A stretch of 64,000 nucleotides of DNA from Candidatus Pollutiaquabacter sp. (lineage in GTDB: Bacteria; Bacteroidota; Bacteroidia; AKYH767-A; 2013-40CM-41-45). The position numbers were made by a program, and so were the translations under genes. The stretch lies in the NCBI GenBank assembly GCA_947465495.1, contig CANIAS010000007.1, forward strand, positions 444 to 64,443, in the 5' to 3' direction. Position 1 is the first letter of the stretch; the number at the start of each line of letters is the position of its first letter. Under the pieces are notes generated by a model. The model was not told where the DNA came from. It worked only from the letters and a program-made list of their open reading frames with translations, and did no database searches. This document shows, piece after piece, positions 1-8,920 of the stretch.

Positions 1-1
1 A

Positions 2-1345
2 GCTACCTCTGCCAACGCATCGAGTACAACCGTCGCGTCGGGAGGATCGGTTACCCTTTCTGTGAATGGTGGAACCTTGGGTACCGGTGCTGCATGGAAA
101 TGGTACAGTGGTTCTTGTGGAGGAGTTACGGTTGGCACTGGATCTACCTTGGTTGTTAATCCGACCGTTTCAACGACCTACTATGTTCGTGCTGAAGGGA
201 CTTGTAATACCACGAGTTGTGTAAGTGTTACAATAACGGTTACTTCCAGTCCGTGTGGACCGACTGGGGTTGTAACCAATGCGACCAATAATACTATTTG
301 CCGCGGAACTTCCGTAACGATGACGGTGCAAGGAAATGCCGGAACGGGTGGCACTTGGAAATGGTATAAAGGCACTCCGTCAACATGCGGATCAAACACA
401 CTGATTGGTTCAGGCGCCAGCATTACGGTTTCGCCTACTTCAACAACCTCTTATTGTGTTCAGTTGTCGGGTGGTAGTTGTGGTACCAGTTCTTGTTTCC
501 CGGTAACCATTACGGTGCAAACTGCACCGTCTTCACCATCGTCAATTACGGGTGACTTCAGTGGACTTTGTGGCAGGACGAATGTTGTATATTCTGTCTC
601 CAGTGTTTCGGGTGCTACTTCTTATCAGTGGACGGTGCCTTCAGGTGTTACGATTGTATCGGGTCAGGGAACGAATAGGATTGTAGTGAATTTTGGTTCA
701 GCGTTAGGGAATAATACCAGTTGTGGATCAACCTCAATTTGCGTGAAGGCGGTAAATACATGTGGTACGAGTGAAAGTCGTTGTACTGAACTTACTTTGA
801 AGCCAACTATTTCTGGTAGTATCAGCGGTTCCTCGCAAGTTTGCCGCAATCAATCATCTACCTATAGTATTGCAGCTGTCACCGGAGTTCTTCAGTACAC
901 TTGGACAGTGCCTTCTGGCTGGACGATTCTGAGTGGACAGGGCACGAGGACCATTAGTGTGCGTGCTGGATCCAGTTCAGGTAACATTGCTGTGAGTGCT
1001 AGCAATACATGTGGAGCTAGTTTGTCTATTCGTAAATCAGTTACGGTGAAAAGCTGTAGCCGTGAACCGGATGGGTTGGATTTGCCAAGTGTAATTGCTT
1101 ATCCTAATCCTACCTCGGGTGATTGTCAGTTGACGTATCAATTGTTTGAGCCGGGGAATGTGCAGGTTTTCGTGTACGACTTATTGGGTCAACAATTATA
1201 CACGAATGATTATGTCAATCAGGTGTCTGGTGAATACACTGTCCGCTTGCCATTGCAAGAGGTAAATGTGGCTCCAGGTATTTACATTGTGCGTGTTGTA
1301 TTGGCAGGGCAATCGCACGATGTACGATTGGTTGTCGCTAATTGA
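2..1345 (+). CDS. 5'-partial secreted repeat protein with T9SS (Por-type) C-terminal sorting domain
   Basis: Reading frame is open from the window edge and the first start-like codon is GTG at 62. It contains three ~55-aa repeats (GxxWKWYxGSCGG...TTTYYVRAEG.C) and two PKD-like units. The C-terminus, 'YPNPTSGDCQLTY...IYIVRVV', matches the T9SS CTD signature. Confidence 0.6.
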   Translation, partial: ATSANASSTTVASGGSVTLSVNGGTLGTGAAWKWYSGSCGGVTVGTGSTLVVNPTVSTTYYVRAEGTCNTTSCVSVTITVTSSPCGPTGVVTNATNNTICRGTSVTMTVQGNAGTGGTWKWYKGTPSTCGSNTLIGSGASITVSPTSTTSYCVQLSGGSCGTSSCFPVTITVQTAPSSPSSITGDFSGLCGRTNVVYSVSSVSGATSYQWTVPSGVTIVSGQGTNRIVVNFGSALGNNTSCGSTSICVKAVNTCGTSESRCTELTLKPTISGSISGSSQVCRNQSSTYSIAAVTGVLQYTWTVPSGWTILSGQGTRTISVRAGSSSGNIAVSASNTCGASLSIRKSVTVKSCSREPDGLDLPSVIAYPNPTSGDCQLTYQLFEPGNVQVFVYDLLGQQLYTNDYVNQVSGEYTVRLPLQEVNVAPGIYIVRVVLAGQSHDVRLVVAN

Positions 1346-1399
1346 GGGTTTTTAGTAAGATAATTTTAATAGATTTTTTATAAATCGAGCATCGGCCCC

Positions 1400-1472
1400 G
1401 TCGGTGGTCTGTGGTCGATGGTCGGTGGTCGGTGGTCGGTAGTCGATGGTCGGTTGTCTGTGATCTGCTGTG
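1400..1472. repeat. degenerate heptanucleotide tandem repeat (CGGTGGT/CGATGGT/CTGTGGT, about 10 units)
   Basis: Direct read: tcggtggtctgtggtcgatggtcggtggtcggtggtcggtagtcgatggtcggttgtctgtgatctgctgt. It sits between two convergent genes. The 66-aa minus-strand ORF that overlaps it simply translates the repeat. Confidence 0.7.
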
Positions 1473-1636
1473 TTGAACTTTGAACAACACAATGGCGCTT
1501 CGACACGCTTAGCGCTCAAAACATTTGACCATGAACAAAAAAATCGCTTCAAACCTGTATCATTCGATGCAGGGCTGAAGCGACCCGTGTTGAAATGTGA
1601 TTGTTGTGCTAATCTTTTTCTAGATAATTATTAGCC

Positions 1637-2266
1637 TCAATTTAAATAGAACCGAAAGAGCAAACTGGTTTCTGTCAATGTTGACGTAGTCGTAGTCTCT
1701 GGGATGGTATAACTGCTGCTGTAATTTTCCGTAGTGCATTTGTTCTTGTCGTAAATCAAACTGAATTCTGCACCGACAGAAAACCATTTGGAAAAGAAAT
1801 ATTCTCCACCAATCACTCCGGAAACGGAGGAGATGGTTTGCTTGTTGTTGTACACATACGGATCGGTGGAGGTTTCGTACGAGATTTCCTCGTTATTCAT
1901 GTTTCCCATTCGATACCGTGCCCCCACTGAAAATTTCGCTTGTTCGTATGGAATCAGATAAAATCCTCCCAGACTAGCCACCAAGGCGTCGTCCGTTGGA
2001 ACGAGGTTGTTGCCTGATTCTTTCGTTTCTTTATTATATCCACCTACTTGTAGTTCGGCGCGAACGGTGGGCATGAAGTCGTATTGTACAATTAACCGAT
2101 TCGGCGGTATGTTGGTCAAATCAAGGTCGCTGGTCTGGAAGATGGAGGAGTGGATGCCAATCCCTAAATGCCTGCGAGGAAGTGTGTTGTCATTTTGTGC
2201 CAATGTAGGACTAGCGGCCAAACAAATGAGTGCTGTGGCTAACAATAGTTGATGCTTCATAATCAT
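1637..2266 (-). CDS. small outer-membrane beta-barrel protein (porin-like, OmpA-like barrel family)
   Basis: Signal peptide MIMKHQLLLATALICLAASPTLAQ and an ATG confirmed on the minus strand. It shows alternating hydrophobic beta-strand patterning and a C-terminal aromatic ('FRFYLN'). Length is 209 aa. Confidence 0.5.
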   Translation of the reverse strand: MIMKHQLLLATALICLAASPTLAQNDNTLPRRHLGIGIHSSIFQTSDLDLTNIPPNRLIVQYDFMPTVRAELQVGGYNKETKESGNNLVPTDDALVASLGGFYLIPYEQAKFSVGARYRMGNMNNEEISYETSTDPYVYNNKQTISSVSGVIGGEYFFSKWFSVGAEFSLIYDKNKCTTENYSSSYTIPETTTTSTLTETSLLFRFYLN

Positions 2267-2816
2267 GGTTTTTATATCGCCAAATTAGCCTGGCTTCCCA
2301 CCGTAGGGCAGGAGTTTGGTCAGGTTGTATACTGTGATTTGTCAGGATGATTGTTCTTCGGATGCTGCGGTAGAAAGTGCAGTTACTGCTTTAATAAATC
2401 CTAACGTGGATTTAACAAAAAACAGAACGGTGGCAGAAATAAGTTGCCTGCAAATTTGGTTGGAAGGTCAATCGTCAGCTAACGTATTCAATTGAATCTG
2501 GGATGTTTTTTGATCAGTTTACTTTTAAAATTTCATGACTACATCCTGGCCAAGCTTATGCGGCTGCCATTGCAACTGTAAGTTATTAAGTTTTGAACTT
2601 GGCGGTTTTCAGTAGATTCTTACAATGCGATTGAATTGGTCTAAATCAACTTTTTTTTAGTGCATTGGCTGGTATATTGTGTAGCATTATTTCAAATCGT
2701 TTCAGCCATGCAATTAATTCTTAATGCCCTACTTACCTTCGAGTACATGCTTAAAACCGCACAGCAATTGGGTCAGTTTCTGTGGACTACTATTTTGAAT
2801 CGTTAATCATTAGGTA

Positions 2817-2850
2817 GCAAAAAAAGCAACCCTTTCGAGTTGCTTTTTTG
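2817..2850 (-). terminator. rho-independent terminator (perfect 10-bp stem AAAAAGCAAC/GTTGCTTTTT flanked by an A-tract and a T-tract; could act in either direction)
   Basis: The hairpin lies immediately 3' of the minus-strand CBS gene, which ends at 2874. On the minus strand the stem is followed by a U-tract. Confidence 0.6.
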
Positions 2851-2873
2851 TCGTAACAATGGCAAATGAACAA

Positions 2874-3401
2874 TTATTCTTCCCAATTTTCACGCCCCAC
2901 ACTATGGTCCGTCGCGGATTGCTTTAGTGCAGTGGCATTTGAATAACGATCGGCAAGCGCTTTAATCGTTTTGGCTACATTCTCCCCAGTGGCGGTAAAT
3001 TTACCTAGGTCAGGTTGTCCGTTTAGCGATTTTGATAATAGATCGTGGATGGTAAGCATTCCTTGCAATGTTCCACTTTGGTCGGTTACTGGTAGTCGGC
3101 CTACTTTGTACGTGCGCATTTTGCTTAGCGCTTGTGCCAAATCATCCTCTGTTCGAACGGAATAGAGTTTCTGCGATACAATGTCTCCGACGTTGAGTTC
3201 CGCATGGGGCTTGATTTGGCGATCCGCCAGTGTCAGGCAAATGTCACGATCGGTAACAATGCCAATTACCTTTCGCGAACTGTCCAATACGGGTAACGCT
3301 CCGCAATTTGCTTTCTTCATTACTTTCGCTGCGTTGTGCAATTTCGTTTCGGTGCTGCAATATTGCAGCTTTTCCGAGGTCATAACGTCTTTCACTTTCA
3401 T
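2874..3401 (-). CDS. CBS-domain pair protein
   Basis: Two CBS motifs are present (…VMTSEKLQYC…GALPVLD…IGIVTDRDI… and …DIVSQKLYSV…VGRLPVTD…). Length is 175 aa. The ATG start was verified. Confidence 0.7.
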   Translation of the reverse strand: MKVKDVMTSEKLQYCSTETKLHNAAKVMKKANCGALPVLDSSRKVIGIVTDRDICLTLADRQIKPHAELNVGDIVSQKLYSVRTEDDLAQALSKMRTYKVGRLPVTDQSGTLQGMLTIHDLLSKSLNGQPDLGKFTATGENVAKTIKALADRYSNATALKQSATDHSVGRENWEE

Positions 3402-3522
3402 GGCTGTTTTTTTTAAGGTTTAACACTAGCAAAGAACGATGTTCGAGATTCACAGGTGAATGACACCCATCAAGATGCTCGTTGATTCATCTCAATGCGT
3501 ACTAAAATTTCTTTTAAAAGAA

Positions 3523-3551
3523 GAGAGGCGGGTTTTTGGTTCCCGCCTCTC
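3523..3551 (-). promoter_or_regulatory. terminator-like hairpin (10-bp GC-rich stem GAGAGGCGGG/CCCGCCTCTC plus a U-tract on the minus strand) in the 5' leader of the CBS gene; possible attenuator or riboswitch expression platform
   Basis: Perfect inverted repeat read directly from the sequence. It is followed by TTCTTTT on the minus strand, about 120 nt upstream of the CBS start codon. Confidence 0.3.
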
Positions 3552-3903
3552 CGAATCACACAGTGTATTGTCTTTTACAACAAGTAGGTCTGTGAGTTTC
3601 TAACATCATCTCAATCGATTCTTGATGGGATTCGCAGTTTTTTTACTGCTTTTCAGTTTAAAGAGTTTAGTGCTTTTTAGGGCGTTTAAATCTCTTGACT
3701 TTTCCAATCGAACGCTATGCGATGAACGATGCAATAAAATTACTTCCTCGAATTGCCTGTTGTGATGACCCAGGTCTTTTATCGCTATGATATTCGCTCC
3801 TAAGGCCTTAAATCGCTTCCTCGCATGTATTCAGCCTCGGTATTGGAATGTATCATTATTCGTAGGGTATTTTCTATCTTAGGGACCCTAAATCCTATCA
3901 TTT

Positions 3904-6900
3904 ATGCGGAAATTGTTTTCATTCTGCTTTTTCGTGGCCATACTTTGCTCGTTCATGGCAGATGCACAAACTCTCCGGGTCACCGGCAAGGTGGTATCAG
4001 CAGACGATGGAGAGGCTTTGCCTTTTGTGCCGGTAGCGGTGAAAGGTACCAGCCAGGGAACGGTGACGGACCTAAATGGTGATTATTCCTTGGATGGACT
4101 TCGTGCGACTGATTCGCTTGTTTATAGTTCCGTGGGGTATCTTTCCAGGACGCTCTTGGTTGGTGCATCCACGATTATCAATGTGCAGTTGCAGCCGAAT
4201 GTGCAGCGATTGGATGAAGTTGTGGTCACTGCCTTGGGAGTTAATCGGCAAAAACGCGAACTAGGATATTCGACGGAGAAATTTAATGGTGATGAGATTG
4301 TGCGATCCAATTCGCCAAACGTACTCAATGCAATGACGGGTAAAGCGGCCGGCGTTCAAATTTCCAATCCCGATGGGGTAGATGGCGGTACTACTCGGAT
4401 TACCATCCGCGGAAACAATAATATTTCAGGAAATAATCAACCGCTGATTGTTGTCGATGGAATTCCGATGAACAACGATCCTGGCATGACGGATATTGGT
4501 CGTGGCCGCGACTGGGGCTCGGCCATCAACAACATCAATATGGAAGATGTTGAGTCCATGAACATTCTTAAAGGAGGAGCTGCATCCGCTTTGTACGGTT
4601 CTCGCGGAGCTAATGGTGTCGTACTTATCTCGACCAAAAAAGGGACGAAGCAGCACGGCATTGGAGTTTCTTATAACATGACGTATAAAGTGACCCATCC
4701 CTATCGTTACCGGGATGTTCAGAATGAATACGGAGGAGGTGCTCCTTCAACATCATTGACCGCTCCTGAATTTGAATTGGGACCTGATAGCATTCCGCTA
4801 TTTCCTTCGTTATCGACAGACCCTGAATTCGGGTATCCTGGTTCATCTGTTTCGTGGGGACCTGCACTCGACGGTCGAACCATTCGCTGGTGGGATGGTT
4901 CGTTGAAGAGTTGGTCGCCTCAACCCGACAATCTTCAGTTGCCTTTCCAGAACGGACATGCGATTACACAAAATGTTTCGGCGGAAGGCGGTGGCGAAAT
5001 CGGTACCATGCGGTTGTCACTTACGCATACGGACAATACGCCGATTGTACAGAATAGTAATTTCAAGCAAACCACCGTCAATACTAATTCTACGCTAAAG
5101 GTGTCTGACAAAGTATCCATCAACTTGGCGGCATCCTATGTGGATTTTCATCGCTTGAATAGTCCATTACTGGGAGAAGATCCAGAGTCTTTTAGTAAAG
5201 GGCTTCTCTATTCATGGCCCCGCAGTTACCAAGGAGAAGACTTGTCAGATTATGCCTTGTCAGACGGTACTCGTAATCCGCAGTCGGGGTATCCGTATCT
5301 GTACATTGATAAATATTTATGGTGGAATTATTTTAATCATAATACAACGCTGGATCGTTCTAAATTCTTGGGCGGATTGTCGTTGAATTATGCCATTACT
5401 CCTTGGTTGAATTTCACTGGAAGATCGGGTATCGATTACACCATGGATCAATTTGTAACGCGAAATAAACCTGCTGACTTAATTGGATTATTGGATGGAT
5501 ATTATTCTGAAATGGCGCAGCGAGACAATAGCATCAACAGTGAGTTCTTGTTCACGGCTACTAAAAAGAATTTTTTAAATACATCGCTAAATGTAGATGT
5601 CAATGTCGGCGGTTCGAGTTGGAGTCGTGACATGCATAGCGTCAGTGCGAATTCAGGAACCTGGTATTATCCTAATTGGTACAGCCTTTCAAATTACACG
5701 GCAACGGAATATGGCCAAGATGCCAATGGAAACGTGGTTGTCGTTAAAGCAGGAGATGATCCGTCAACCCTGATACCTAAGACAAATTCGTACACCAAAA
5801 AGATCAACTCCATCTATTCATTTATTCATATGTCGTACAAAGATTATTTGTTTGTTGAGTTGACCGGAAGGAATGATTGGTCGTCGACCTTACCGTCGGA
5901 TGCGAATTCATATTTCTATCCGGGCGTTTCAGTGAGTTATGTAGCTTCCGACGCATTGCCTATTACCAACAAATGGTTGAGTTATGTGAAAGTCAGGGGA
6001 GGAGCTGCACAGACGGCTACCGATACTGATCCGTATCAAACGGAGTTTTATTATACCTCCTCACTCTTTGGTGGAGATCAGTCGAGTTATTTTCCATCAG
6101 TCATTCCTCCAATTGCACTTAAGCCGCAACGGGTGAATACCTACGAGGCGGGTACAAATCTTGGTTTTTTTGACGATCGCATTGTACTTGATTTCACGTA
6201 TTACTACAAGTACTCGTTTGATCAAATTATCAATACACCCCTACCGCTTTCGGCTGGGGCTTCCTCAGTGCTCATCAACGAAGGTGCTTTGTCAAACCGC
6301 GGTTTCGAAATCTTGTTGAATGCAACCGTGTATCAAGGACGAAACTTAATTTTTAAGAGTGGACTTAATTTCACGCGTAACCGCAACCGCGTAGAAAGTT
6401 TGGGCGATTATGCAGACACTTATATTCTTGCTGATATTTGGGGAGAGAACGGACCACAAATGGCACTTCACGAGGGGGATGATTTCGGAACCATTGTCGG
6501 TTGGGACTATGTGTATAATAATGGTCAACCTGTCGTTAACGAGGCTGGTACAAAGTACTTGATTTCTGATAGTCGGGTGCCGATTGGAAATGCGAGTCCG
6601 CATTTCTTAGCTGGTTGGACGATGGAGCTCAGTTACAAGCAGTTTACGTTGCGTACGTTGGTTGATACGAAGTGGGGTGGCGATATCTATAGTGGGTCGT
6701 ACGTCATCGGATTACAGTCTGGCCAAAGTCCGCAGACGCTGGAAGAGCGCGATGGCGGAGGCTTACCGTATACCGACCCTTCGGGTGTGACGAGCAATTC
6801 AGGAGTTATTCTCCCTGGAGTTCACGAGGATGGATCGCCCAATACCACAGTGGTGCATTACTACTACAAATACCTGCCGAATGCAGGAGGTTGGGGACAT

Positions 6901-7176
6901 TTCTTGTCGAAACCGGGAGTGGTAGAGAATACCTGGATTAAAATGCGTGAAATCAATTTGACGTATGATTTGCCATCCAAGCTGGTAAAGAAACTAAAGA
7001 TATTCCAGGGTTTGTCAGCCAACATCACCGGACGAGACCTGTTTTATTTTTACACCACCTTGCCAGATCATATTAACCCCGAAGGATTGCTTGGTGCAGG
7101 TAATGCGCAGGGATTTGAATGGTCTTCACTGCCGGGAGTTCGTTCGTTTACATTCGGTATTAATGCTAAATTCTGA
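3904..7176 (+). CDS. susC: SusC/RagA-family TonB-dependent outer-membrane transporter
   Basis: Length 1090 aa. Signal peptide, a carboxypeptidase-regulatory-like N-terminal domain (TLRVTGKVVSADDGEALPFVPV), a TonB-box/plug region (DEVVVTALG), a long barrel, and a C-terminal 'FTFGINAKF'. The SusD gene follows 11 bp downstream. Confidence 0.85.
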   Translation: MRKLFSFCFFVAILCSFMADAQTLRVTGKVVSADDGEALPFVPVAVKGTSQGTVTDLNGDYSLDGLRATDSLVYSSVGYLSRTLLVGASTIINVQLQPNVQRLDEVVVTALGVNRQKRELGYSTEKFNGDEIVRSNSPNVLNAMTGKAAGVQISNPDGVDGGTTRITIRGNNNISGNNQPLIVVDGIPMNNDPGMTDIGRGRDWGSAINNINMEDVESMNILKGGAASALYGSRGANGVVLISTKKGTKQHGIGVSYNMTYKVTHPYRYRDVQNEYGGGAPSTSLTAPEFELGPDSIPLFPSLSTDPEFGYPGSSVSWGPALDGRTIRWWDGSLKSWSPQPDNLQLPFQNGHAITQNVSAEGGGEIGTMRLSLTHTDNTPIVQNSNFKQTTVNTNSTLKVSDKVSINLAASYVDFHRLNSPLLGEDPESFSKGLLYSWPRSYQGEDLSDYALSDGTRNPQSGYPYLYIDKYLWWNYFNHNTTLDRSKFLGGLSLNYAITPWLNFTGRSGIDYTMDQFVTRNKPADLIGLLDGYYSEMAQRDNSINSEFLFTATKKNFLNTSLNVDVNVGGSSWSRDMHSVSANSGTWYYPNWYSLSNYTATEYGQDANGNVVVVKAGDDPSTLIPKTNSYTKKINSIYSFIHMSYKDYLFVELTGRNDWSSTLPSDANSYFYPGVSVSYVASDALPITNKWLSYVKVRGGAAQTATDTDPYQTEFYYTSSLFGGDQSSYFPSVIPPIALKPQRVNTYEAGTNLGFFDDRIVLDFTYYYKYSFDQIINTPLPLSAGASSVLINEGALSNRGFEILLNATVYQGRNLIFKSGLNFTRNRNRVESLGDYADTYILADIWGENGPQMALHEGDDFGTIVGWDYVYNNGQPVVNEAGTKYLISDSRVPIGNASPHFLAGWTMELSYKQFTLRTLVDTKWGGDIYSGSYVIGLQSGQSPQTLEERDGGGLPYTDPSGVTSNSGVILPGVHEDGSPNTTVVHYYYKYLPNAGGWGHFLSKPGVVENTWIKMREINLTYDLPSKLVKKLKIFQGLSANITGRDLFYFYTTLPDHINPEGLLGAGNAQGFEWSSLPGVRSFTFGINAKF

Positions 7177-7187
7177 GGAGAGGCGCC

Positions 7188-8810
7188 ATGAAAAAAACAC
7201 TGCTGATCATTACGCTTTGTATTCTTAGTACAATGCTTCCTTCTTGTCGTAAGGACTTCGAAGAGATCAACAAAAATCCAAACGGATTTACTTCTGCCAG
7301 TGACGGTTCGTTGTTTAACACCGTGCTCGCTTCCATGCGTTACGGTTGGAACGAGCAATTGTATGTGAATATTTCTGTCTTGTATAAACAAACTCAACAA
7401 ACGGCATTGCCCCAAGTTCGCTGGAATAATTACACCATCGGTACGGAGGAGATTTGGTCGAATTATTATACCTCACTTCCTAACTTGCGTGAATTGGAGC
7501 GTCGTTGGGCCTCGCTGGATACAAGCAATCATGCTGTTTTGAATATGATGGCGATGGAGAAAATTGTGCTCGCCTTCAAGACCTTTAAAGTGACCGATCT
7601 TTTTGGTGACATTCCTTTTTCACAGGCTGGCTATGGCTATCAGGACATCAATCGCTTGCGACCTGCATTTGATTCACAACAATCGATTTATCAATCGCAA
7701 CTCGAATCATTAGCATGGGCCGCTGAACATATTGATCCTTCGGCTGATGATGTAGAACCTTATTTGACATTTAAAACGTTCGATAATTTATTCATGGGCG
7801 ATCTCCTAAAATGGAGGAAGTTTGCCAATTCACTCCGGTTGCGATATGCCATTAGGATGTACGGTAAGGAGCCAGTCCTTGCTGGACGTATTGTCCAGGA
7901 GATCATCGGTAATTTCAAGCCTACCTTTGGTGTGAATGAATTCGGTCAGTTGAATGACAATCCATATACGGAAAGCGCAGTCATGTATCCGTATCAGTTG
8001 GGTTACCGTAACGAGAGTAAAGGTTGGTCGTTCAATCAGTCAAAGGATGCACGATTGGGTTCTACGATTTGGCAGTTGCTTTCTTCCAACGATAGTGCAG
8101 ACGGCAGTGGCATCTTTGATCCACGAGCGTATTATTTCTTTGATACCAACAATGATAACAAGTGGGTCGCCTATCCGAACAATCCTTCACCCGGTATGCA
8201 GCCAGACGGTGGTATCCCGTATGAATATCAGCGTGACGCTCTTTATACGCTGAAAGGGAACGATTGTCATTATTCACCGGTCAATTACCACTTGGTACGT
8301 GATCTCGATTATATCCCGGATATTTTTATGACGGGTGCAGAGGTGCTCTACCTACGGGCAGAAGCATACATGCGTGGTATTGGTGTTCCCAAGGATGTAG
8401 GACAGGCAGGAACGGAGTTTCTGAGTGGTCTTCAGTATTCCTTGAATTTTTGGTCGACCATCATGAATGGCTCTCGACTTCCATTGGGTAATTCTTTTAG
8501 TTCAGACATTACGGTTCCCTCTTCTGTGAATTTCATTTCTGTTCAGAATAATACCAACTATTTCTCTGTCGGCGAGTCACAGCAACTCGATCAAATCTAT
8601 GCGCAATGTTGGTTGGATATGTTTATGCAGCCGCAAGAGGCCTTCTCTTTGGCGCGCAGAACTGGCCGTACTCCATCGGACGGCACTCCGCTTTCAGTAT
8701 ACAGATTCACCATTCCGCCAACGGAGGTATCCTACAATGAGGCCAATTGGCTGAGTGCATTTGGCTCTGGAGGTGATGGCTTGTTGGAAAAAGTGTGGTG
8801 GATGAATTGA
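7188..8810 (+). CDS. susD: SusD/RagB-family outer-membrane lipoprotein (glycan-binding)
   Basis: Length 540 aa. Lipoprotein signal with Cys (…LSTMLPSC…). Size and TPR-like helical composition fit the family, and it is adjacent to SusC. Confidence 0.8.
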   Translation: MKKTLLIITLCILSTMLPSCRKDFEEINKNPNGFTSASDGSLFNTVLASMRYGWNEQLYVNISVLYKQTQQTALPQVRWNNYTIGTEEIWSNYYTSLPNLRELERRWASLDTSNHAVLNMMAMEKIVLAFKTFKVTDLFGDIPFSQAGYGYQDINRLRPAFDSQQSIYQSQLESLAWAAEHIDPSADDVEPYLTFKTFDNLFMGDLLKWRKFANSLRLRYAIRMYGKEPVLAGRIVQEIIGNFKPTFGVNEFGQLNDNPYTESAVMYPYQLGYRNESKGWSFNQSKDARLGSTIWQLLSSNDSADGSGIFDPRAYYFFDTNNDNKWVAYPNNPSPGMQPDGGIPYEYQRDALYTLKGNDCHYSPVNYHLVRDLDYIPDIFMTGAEVLYLRAEAYMRGIGVPKDVGQAGTEFLSGLQYSLNFWSTIMNGSRLPLGNSFSSDITVPSSVNFISVQNNTNYFSVGESQQLDQIYAQCWLDMFMQPQEAFSLARRTGRTPSDGTPLSVYRFTIPPTEVSYNEANWLSAFGSGGDGLLEKVWWMN

Positions 8811-8920
8811 GAAGGAGGAACGCTATAGTATGCGGCAGTGGGTCACCCGTCATTACTTGTACATTTCAGAATTTCACTATCTTACATCACCTAACATAAC
8901 TAATTAACACCTGGTATTGC

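Noticed and set aside
1352-1552. 66-aa minus-strand ORF encoding 'PPTTDHRPQTTD'
   Set aside because: It is simply the translation of the heptanucleotide microsatellite. It has no start context or conservation signal and sits in a 3' intergenic region.
2007-2252. 81-aa plus-strand ORF inside the OMP gene; similar antisense ORFs inside nuoL/M, the histidine kinase and the 893-aa gene
   Set aside because: Each is fully embedded antisense in a strongly supported CDS with no independent features.
3825-4082. 85-aa plus-strand ORF overlapping the susC start; also 3244..3453 and 3181..3423 overlapping the CBS gene
   Set aside because: They sit in alternative frames inside or overlapping well-supported genes and are probably spurious.
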